The notes under the pieces were generated by a model. It was not told the DNA's origin, did not search any database, and saw only the letters and a program-made list of their open reading frames with translations. Positions 7,473-14,037 of a stretch of DNA of 14,037 bases are shown piece by piece (position 1 is the stretch's first letter; the number at the start of each line of letters is the position of its first letter). This DNA is from Piromyces finnis finn. Lineage: Eukaryota; Fungi; Neocallimastigomycota. The stretch lies in contig MCFH01000225.1 in the NCBI GenBank assembly GCA_002104945.1, forward strand, positions 1 through 14,037, written 5' to 3'. The position numbers and the translations under genes are program-made.

Positions 7473-10400
7473 TTAAAGTTGGTAATTTGAACTGAAACTA
7501 TTATAGTTATTTCTCATTTGTTCATCCTTGTCAATGGTGTCAGCATTGATCCAACGTTGAGATAAGTCAGTAAAAGTGACTAAGTACTCGTAAAAATAAC
7601 CAGATTTACGAGAACTAAGGATCTTGGTGATTTCATTGGAGTTGGGATGGTTGAGCAATAGATGGTGAGGAGTGGGATGATATGGTTCGAATTCACTGAT
7701 GTGGAATACGGGGTAGACACGAGGGAAAGGTGAGATAGATAAATCAAGGCGGTAGTTGAGCTTAGATTCATCGACACCAGTGACCTTGTATGGACCATAT
7801 TTGCGGGTTTGGAGCTTGAACGCTAATGGAGGATGATAATTAGCGGGTTTGCGAAGCCAAACAAGATCGTGGACCTTGAAGCGCTTAAAGTTGTGATAAA
7901 GGTGCTTATCCTTTTCATCGAGATAACGGGTACGACTGACTTCAAGAGTATGCTTAAGGTCAGCTAAGTTATGGGAGAAGCTATCGATGAGGGGATGAAG
8001 TCCTAAAGAAGAAACAAGGTCTGCAACTTGTGGGTTTGCGTGAACTTGATAATTATAAACAGAGAGAAATGGTGGTTGCTTGGTGTAAGCATGGATGGAG
8101 TTGTTGTAGCGAAATTCAGCTAAGTATAAATGATCCATCCAACTGAGATCATCAAATTGAGCTAAGTAGCAACGAAGATAAGTTTCAACGTAGTCGTTGT
8201 TACGTTCTACTTGTCCAACAGTGCGGTGATGGCCAGTAGTAGCAGAGTGGTGATCGATATTAAAGAATTCCATTAAGTGGGACCAAAGACGACTTTCGAA
8301 CTGAGTACCACGGTCTGTAACAATAGATAAGGAGAATCCGTGCAGTTTAAAAATATGGTTAAGAAAAGCAGTAGCAGTTTCCTTAGCAGTGGGTAAATGT
8401 TTGAACCCAATTAAGTGTATCATCTTAGTTAAGTAGCAAGTAGTAACCATTATGGTACCTTGATGGTGGTTCGGATTGGTAGAGTCGAATGGTAAGGTAG
8501 AGTTACAAGGTCTTGATGGTAAGTCCGTGATAAAGACCATTTGTAGGTGCTGCCATGGAAGTTCCGGAAGAGGGACACGGATCATATTACCATAAGGAGC
8601 ATGGTGATCGGTTTTCATTGCCTTGCATACACTACAGCTTCGAATATAAGACTCGACATCTTGACGCATATTAACCCAATAGAAATTACGTTTAAGAATG
8701 TCATAAGTCTTATCGACTCCCAAGTGACCGGCAGTGGGTGCATCATGGTTGAGCTTAATTACTAAGAGTCTTAGTTGACTTGGAACATATACTTGCTCCG
8801 GATGTTTGGTTCTTATTAAAAGGCCATCTTGAAGAATCCAAGGATGATCACTATTTGGAACTTCAAGATCCTTAAGAATCTGACAAGCGGTTTCATCTTG
8901 AAGGTAGCACTGCTTAATGTCGTCAATGAAGCTAGTTTCCATAGAGAAGTAGCATTCATCTTCGTTGAATCCTTCTAATTGAGTTGGTTTAAGTAAGGAC
9001 GATTCACTTATATCCTTACCAACTGTGAGCATATGGTCGGATCTACGAGAGAGAGCATCGGCTTTACCATTTTTCTTTCCTGGTCGATAGATAATTTTAA
9101 AATTAAAGGTAACAAAGTACTCTTGCCAACGAGCTTGTCTTTGGGATAGAAGTTGCGGTTTGGTAGCAAAAAACAAGTTTCGATGGTCTGAATAAACGGT
9201 AATAGGATATTTTGCACCTTGAAGTAAGTGACGCCATTCGATAAAAGCTTGACGAATTGCTAAGAGTTTCTTTTCAGTGATAGAGTAGTTAAATTCTGCA
9301 TCATGAAGGGTTTTAGAAAAGTAATAAACTGGATGCAGGTCTCCATCATCACCTTTTTGTGAAAGTACTCCCCCGATAGCAAAGTCACTTGCGTCACATT
9401 CAACTATGAATGGTTTATCGTGATCAGGACAAAGTAAAACTGGAGCTGAAGTAAGAAATCCTTTAAGTTGATTAAATGCTCTATTACATTCGTCTGTCCA
9501 TATGAAAGTGACGCCTTTCTTAGTTAAGTTGTATAATGGTTTTGCAATTTTAGAAAAGTTAGAGATAAAGCGACGGTAGTAATTGCATAACCCTAAGAAG
9601 GACTGAACTTCTTTCACAGTAGTGGGGATAGGCCAGTTTTTAACTGCTTCAATTTTGTGAGGATCAGTTTTGATCCCCTCCTTACTGATTACGTGACCCA
9701 AAAATTCGATTTCAGTAGGAGTAGTTGGATAAATTGGCCCATAAAATAATGAAGCATTAGGTTTCAAATCGATAGAACAATCATATACACGATGTTCAGG
9801 AAGTTCATCGGCTCGTTCTTCATTGAAGGCTTCATATAAATCTTCATATTCCAAAAGTATACCGTTGACAGATTCTACTAGTTCAGGATTCTGATCATCG
9901 GCTATGAAGACTGTTTCTGTTGGAATGGAAGTTGATTTATCCATATTTGAGTCTTCGAGTTCCGTGATAAACATAACTTCATGAAGAGGTGTAGATTTCT
10001 TCGAATCATTCCTAAAGTTAGGAGATTTAATCTCTGATCTATTATGGTTGGAGAAAGGAACAGGACCAATTTTAACTGTAAAGGAATGGTCAGGTTGTGT
10101 TAAGATACAGAAGAAGTTGGTTTTCATGAACTTAGAACCTAGGAGAATCGAAGAAGGAAGCTGATCAACTACGTGGCATCGAAGTTTGTATTGATGAATT
10201 TCTTCTCGAGTTCCTCCTAAAGAAGACAAGTTCATTACAATGTTGAACTCTTCTGTGATGTAATGCATTAGGACATTACCTCCCATGACCTTTACAACAG
10301 TATCAGCTGGTATGGTCTTGATTCCTAGTTTCTTCACTAAATCCATATGGATTACATTGGTAGTAGAGCCAGAATCTAAAAGAGACGAAGTGATAACCTG

Positions 10401-11420
10401 TCTAGATCCTTTAGAAGTTTTTACAATAGTCTTCACGATGGGATACTTCTCCGGATCAGGATTTGGTAGCTCTAAGATATCTTGCTCTTCTACTTCACAG
10501 AGATAGCTGGAGTATGAAGTACCATTATTAGGTTTAGTACTTTTATTGGGATTTTGGGTACTAGACTTGCTATCCAAGTTACTGGAGCCTTTTCCTTTTT
10601 GATTAGACGGGCGATTATTGTTATTGTTGTTCCTTTGGTTGTTATTACGATTGTTAGTCTTGTTAGGATTCTTGGAATAAAGACTGCCATGAATACCTAA
10701 TAAATTGGCTATTAAGGGCTCTTTGTCCTTGTAGTTGGCTTGTCTTTCCAAAGTATCATCGTAATAAGTATCCTTGGAAGCATCATATTTGATTAGAAAA
10801 TTCTTCAGTTCTTCTAACGTTTTTCTATCCGAAGTTAACTTACTAAAGGCGTGGTTCACGGTAGGTCGAACTTGGAAAAGCATGATGGTTAATTGAATGT
10901 CTTCGGAACATCCAATTAATTTGACATATTGGGAGAGTTTTCCTAAGTATTCGGAAGCTTTTCCCCAACTATGTCTGAGCTTCATCAGGTCGATTTTGGT
11001 GATGTTGATATCCTTCAGGTTAAGGAATCTCTTACTCAAAGCTTCGTAAAGAACCTTTCTATTCGGATGAGATTCTTGGAAGTCTGCTTGTTCAACATCA
11101 TACCAATCTGCAGCATCACCAGTAAGACAATCTTCAATGAAGTTTACTTTCATAGCTTCATTGTTTGCATAGAACTTGATGTGTCTTAGGAGGTGGTGTT
11201 CGCATCGACGGATGAATCTGCGTAGTTGAATACTTTCTCCTGAGTAAGAAAGCATTTTTTCAGCGACGTTTGGAGGTGAAGCATCTCCCATGATGACGTC
11301 ACCGTCAGGTTCGTGAGGAGTAGCAGCAGAAGGAGTAACAGGAGTAGACAACTCATTAACTCTTTGAGTAGCTTTGCTGATGAGCATTGATATCAGCGAG
11401 TTGATTGTCTTTCCTAGCAT
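7473..11420 (-). CDS. Element B Gag-Pol polyprotein (1315 aa open frame): capsid, protease, RT lacking its catalytic core, RNase H, integrase, degenerate chromodomain
   Basis: Capsid SYSGESIQLRRFIRRCE...LTGDAADWY; PR LLDSGS (10368-10376); RT stub FYGPIYPTTPTE fused directly to IEFLGHVIS; RNase H CDASDFAIGGVLSQ...SDHRNL; IN H-X6-H...C-X2-C, TDRGTQF, QVERNN, GPYKV; chromo-like EITKILSSRK...YEYLVTF...W. Confidence 0.93.
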   Translation of the reverse strand: MLGKTINSLISMLISKATQRVNELSTPVTPSAATPHEPDGDVIMGDASPPNVAEKMLSYSGESIQLRRFIRRCEHHLLRHIKFYANNEAMKVNFIEDCLTGDAADWYDVEQADFQESHPNRKVLYEALSKRFLNLKDINITKIDLMKLRHSWGKASEYLGKLSQYVKLIGCSEDIQLTIMLFQVRPTVNHAFSKLTSDRKTLEELKNFLIKYDASKDTYYDDTLERQANYKDKEPLIANLLGIHGSLYSKNPNKTNNRNNNQRNNNNNNRPSNQKGKGSSNLDSKSSTQNPNKSTKPNNGTSYSSYLCEVEEQDILELPNPDPEKYPIVKTIVKTSKGSRQVITSSLLDSGSTTNVIHMDLVKKLGIKTIPADTVVKVMGGNVLMHYITEEFNIVMNLSSLGGTREEIHQYKLRCHVVDQLPSSILLGSKFMKTNFFCILTQPDHSFTVKIGPVPFSNHNRSEIKSPNFRNDSKKSTPLHEVMFITELEDSNMDKSTSIPTETVFIADDQNPELVESVNGILLEYEDLYEAFNEERADELPEHRVYDCSIDLKPNASLFYGPIYPTTPTEIEFLGHVISKEGIKTDPHKIEAVKNWPIPTTVKEVQSFLGLCNYYRRFISNFSKIAKPLYNLTKKGVTFIWTDECNRAFNQLKGFLTSAPVLLCPDHDKPFIVECDASDFAIGGVLSQKGDDGDLHPVYYFSKTLHDAEFNYSITEKKLLAIRQAFIEWRHLLQGAKYPITVYSDHRNLFFATKPQLLSQRQARWQEYFVTFNFKIIYRPGKKNGKADALSRRSDHMLTVGKDISESSLLKPTQLEGFNEDECYFSMETSFIDDIKQCYLQDETACQILKDLEVPNSDHPWILQDGLLIRTKHPEQVYVPSQLRLLVIKLNHDAPTAGHLGVDKTYDILKRNFYWVNMRQDVESYIRSCSVCKAMKTDHHAPYGNMIRVPLPELPWQHLQMVFITDLPSRPCNSTLPFDSTNPNHHQGTIMVTTCYLTKMIHLIGFKHLPTAKETATAFLNHIFKLHGFSLSIVTDRGTQFESRLWSHLMEFFNIDHHSATTGHHRTVGQVERNNDYVETYLRCYLAQFDDLSWMDHLYLAEFRYNNSIHAYTKQPPFLSVYNYQVHANPQVADLVSSLGLHPLIDSFSHNLADLKHTLEVSRTRYLDEKDKHLYHNFKRFKVHDLVWLRKPANYHPPLAFKLQTRKYGPYKVTGVDESKLNYRLDLSISPFPRVYPVFHISEFEPYHPTPHHLLLNHPNSNEITKILSSRKSGYFYEYLVTFTDLSQRWINADTIDKDEQMRNNYNSFSSNYQL

Positions 11421-11778
11421 CGTTGACTTCTAAGTTAGCCATCTTACCCATAATGACTTGAGTAGAGTTTTCCAAAATAGTCAAACGATCATTGAGACTT
11501 TCGTTTTCCCTTCTGGTAGCTTGAATATCAACCTTTAACTAATTGATATTCCCAGTTAAGGTAGCAGTTAAGGACTCAATGAGGGCCTTGAGATCCTCAT
11601 TAGTAGTTGGCTTCTGAGTAGGATTACTCGTAGAAACATTAGCTTGTCCGGAATGATTAGGCATCTTTGATTTTCTTACGGGAGTATTTCCTGGGGAACA
11701 TTCTCTCTTGGTAGTTTGTAGGCGGTTAAAAAATTCTTTTGTATCCACTTTAATAGGTGTAAGTGGAGATTTTTCCAT
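11421..11778 (-). pseudogene. Disrupted 5' part of element B gag (likely true start MEKSP at 11778)
   Basis: ORF 11539-11778 continues past a TAG in frame as LKVDIQATRRENESLNDRLTILENSTQVIMGKMANLEVNDARKDNQLADINA, then needs one frameshift near 11380 to join the 1315-aa frame. Confidence 0.7.
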
Positions 11779-11859
11779 TAAATTTTAATTATTATATTTA
11801 GTTATTAATAAATACTAACTAATTGGTGCTCAGCGCACTTTTATAATAAGCGTTAGTAA

Positions 11860-12140
11860 TGTCAAAAAGCAATTTTTTTATTAAAGAAAAGTGTGGTAAG
11901 CACACTAGTTATATTAATTAACATATATATAATACGCTTTCTTATTGAAGGCGTAAAGCTAATAATATTTATATAAAGAAAATTAAATAATATTTTTATT
12001 TTAGCAATAACTTAATATCAGCATATATTAAGTTATTAAAAATATTAAAATTTTTAAAGTTTTAGGTTTTATAGGAGTTTATAAATTTTATTAACTTTAA
12101 GTTAAAAAATTACTAACACTAAAGCTTCGTAATTTTGTCA
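11860..12140 (-). repeat. Candidate 5' LTR of element B (~281 bp)
   Basis: Sense start TGACAAAA (12140) and end TTTTTGACA (11860) form a 7/8 terminal inverted repeat. It contains the shared TATAACTAGTGT motif and several hairpins. No second copy to confirm. Confidence 0.45.
11902..11913 (-). promoter_or_regulatory. TATA-like motif TATAACTAGTGT in LTR B
   Basis: Identical to 3642-3653. Confidence 0.5.
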
Positions 12141-13542
12141 ATTTTTGTTCTTTTTATACATGAACAATTTTAATTATTACATTTTTTAATTTTAATTAAT
12201 TATTGTTTAATTATAAAATATTTAATTTTTATAAATTAATAATTAATAATTATTGTAAATAGTTAATAAATTTAAAAAAGATTATAATAATTTCAAAGAT
12301 TAGAGATTTTATACTTTGAAATTTTTTCAAATTTTTCAAATTTTCGAATTTTAAAAAAATTTTTAATTTTTTCCATGTGTCCAAATTTTTTAAATTTTTA
12401 TATATGTTGTTGTGACAGATACTTGATATCGTTACAAAATCATTTATTTTTATTTTCTTTATTTTTATTTTAAATATTAGATACAAATATTATCACTTTG
12501 TTAGGTTTTTCACTTCGGTTGGGTCAGAACGTACTATTTTACCCTAAACTGTTAAATAATTAAATAAATAAATACTATTTTAAAGAAAAATTTTTTTATT
12601 ATTTTATTAGAGTAAATATTTAAATTAATGAACTCTCGAAATTCCTAATGATAGGAAATTTCTTGAGTATTTATACTATCTTTAATATTAAAGGAATACA
12701 TTTAATATTTAATGCATGATTACTTGTTTATATTAATTAACTATTCTATAAATTAAATATATATTACTTATGACTTTTTCTTAAACTCGTTATATTTAAT
12801 AATTATAAAGTCATTATAAATTATTTGTAGAAGGAATGATTATTTTATAATTTAATTTTAATTTCCTTCTTAATCAAATGAACAAAGATATATTAATTCA
12901 AACTTTAATAAATATAAAATCTTAATAATTATAAAATAATAATATCTCTTAAATATTATTTAATGTTTTATAACAAAATACTTCTTATTAATTAAATAAA
13001 TAAAACATTGTTTAAATAAATAATCATGAATCCACTAACATTCATGACACACTTTCTATATTCATTTATAGAATTAAGATAATATTCTTACCATATCACT
13101 GTTTATTATTAAATTTAGAAACTTGTCCTAATTATAAGATACTAAGACTATGAGTCAAACTATCATAGGTTCGATTTATACTGTTTCCAGCAAAATTAAT
13201 TTAGTAATTATTTTATATAATTAATGTTTTATTTCTTTAAATTAAATTATTTAATCAAATCAAATTAAAGATTTAGAATTATATATTTTATGATTGGATT
13301 ATTTAAATATTTAAAAAAAATATAAATATCTATAAAATTAAAAAATAAAAATTTTCTTTTTTGTTTTTATTAACAAATAAAATTAATAAAAATAAATCAA
13401 CAATATAAATTTTTAATAAACTATTTTTTTATATAAACTTGTTGGATCAATAAAGCTTCTTAATTAATATAAAATTAAGATAAGAAGCATTACAATAAAA
13501 ACACCCAACAGAAATATAATAACACCTTTACACTGAATAGTA

Positions 13543-13668
13543 ATATTCTTTATTTACTTTTGGGATATTCTTTATTTTCTTTAGATACTCTCCATTTATT
13601 TTTGGATACTCTTTATTTACTTTTGAATACGCTTTGTTTACTCTTAGACTCTTAGAAATACTCTTGGA
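13543..13668 (+). repeat. Degenerate ~21-bp tandem repeat (5 copies plus fragments), consensus about ATACTCTTTATTTACTTTTGG
   Basis: Units start at 13543, 13565, 13585, 13606 and 13627, ending ~50 bp before the element D gag ATG. Confidence 0.8.
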
Positions 13669-13719
13669 CTAATCAGGATAAATATTGAATTATTGAACTT
13701 CACGCTTTAAGAAAAGAAG

Positions 13720-14037
13720 ATGAATTATCAAAGCAACTACGATGACGCCACTCTCAAGGATGGATTTGCTGGCGACAGTAGGTACCTCAAAGGCTTTTTG
13801 GCGAAACTCGAACTTATTTTTATGCTTTATCCTGATAGATACAATAATGATGAAGTTAAAATAGTCTATCTAATTTCAAGGTTATACGGTGATGCCATGA
13901 ATTAGGTCGCAACAATGATTGATAACCACGACCCATGTTTAGGAGACTACGCCGCCTTTACTAATAGAATGAAAGCCTTTTATGGAGATGAGGATATTAT
14001 TTTCAGCGTAAATCAAAAACTTAGAACCTTAAAAAAA
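13720..14037 (+). pseudogene. gag: Element D: Ty3/Gypsy gag capsid N-terminal part, one premature stop, cut by the window end
   Basis: FAGDSRYLKGFLAKLELIF...DEVKIVYLISRLYGDAMN*(W)VATMIDNHDPCLGDYAAFTNRMKAFYGD...NQKLRTL. The TAG at 13903-13905 sits at the conserved Trp and the frame stays open afterwards. Confidence 0.88.

Larger units (their letters stand above)
7473..12140 (-). mobile_element. Element B: non-autonomous chromovirus-like Ty3/Gypsy element with a candidate 5' LTR and no recognisable 3' LTR
   Basis: Domain order PR-RT-RH-IN-chromo. The candidate LTR sequence is not repeated downstream of 7473. Confidence 0.85.

Noticed and set aside
8547-11189. Short ORFs overlapping element B (8547-8765, 10285-10506, 10971-11189 on +; 7580-7798, 9008-9217, 10490-10690 on -)
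   Set aside because: Antisense or alternative-frame shadows of the long Gag-Pol ORF with no recognisable motifs.
12250-12486. 78-aa minus-strand ORF rich in K, I, F, N
   Set aside because: Typical chance ORF from very AT-rich non-coding DNA.
13124-13495. Candidate LTR for element D (TGT at ~13124, TATATAAA at ~13431, hairpin gcttctta...taagaagc)
   Set aside because: No convincing CA end with an adjacent PBS and no second copy; boundaries unsupported.
13543-13668. CRISPR-like interpretation of the tandem arrays here and at 4229-4375
   Set aside because: No unique spacers, degenerate units, eukaryotic context and no cas genes.
6585-13905. RIP-like hypermutation (TGG>TAG at 13903, probable CAG>TAG at 11541, TGG>TGA at 6585, GAA>AAA at 9269)
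   Set aside because: Only about half fit a CpA context, the sample is tiny, and element B remains open over 1315 codons.

Overview
Very AT-rich eukaryotic DNA, inferred from composition and element type to come from a fungus such as an anaerobic gut fungus (Neocallimastigomycota); this is not proven. No host gene is recognisable. The window is a nest of Ty3/Gypsy (chromovirus-like) LTR retrotransposon sequences. (A) Minus strand 3881->687: candidate 5' LTR, gag with a CCHC knuckle, protease and RT, all frameshifted. It folds back at ~662/687 into an inverted second copy of the RT region (1-662), giving a >=660-bp inverted repeat. (B) Minus strand ~12140->7473: a different family with a 1315-codon open Gag-PR-RH-IN-chromo frame. 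The RT catalytic core (~183 aa) is deleted in frame, and one catalytic residue each in RNase H and integrase is substituted. (C) Plus-strand decayed pol remnants at 4422-4508, 5091-5280 and 5794-6840; the last two are split by a ~510-bp insertion. (D) Plus-strand gag start at 13720, running off the window with one premature stop. Best leads: a Tf1-like self-priming structure at the element A LTR end, a 12-mer TATA motif shared by the two unrelated LTRs, the RT-less but open Gag-Pol, and an LTR-driven RT hairpin that could act as a silencing trigger or could be an assembly artefact.
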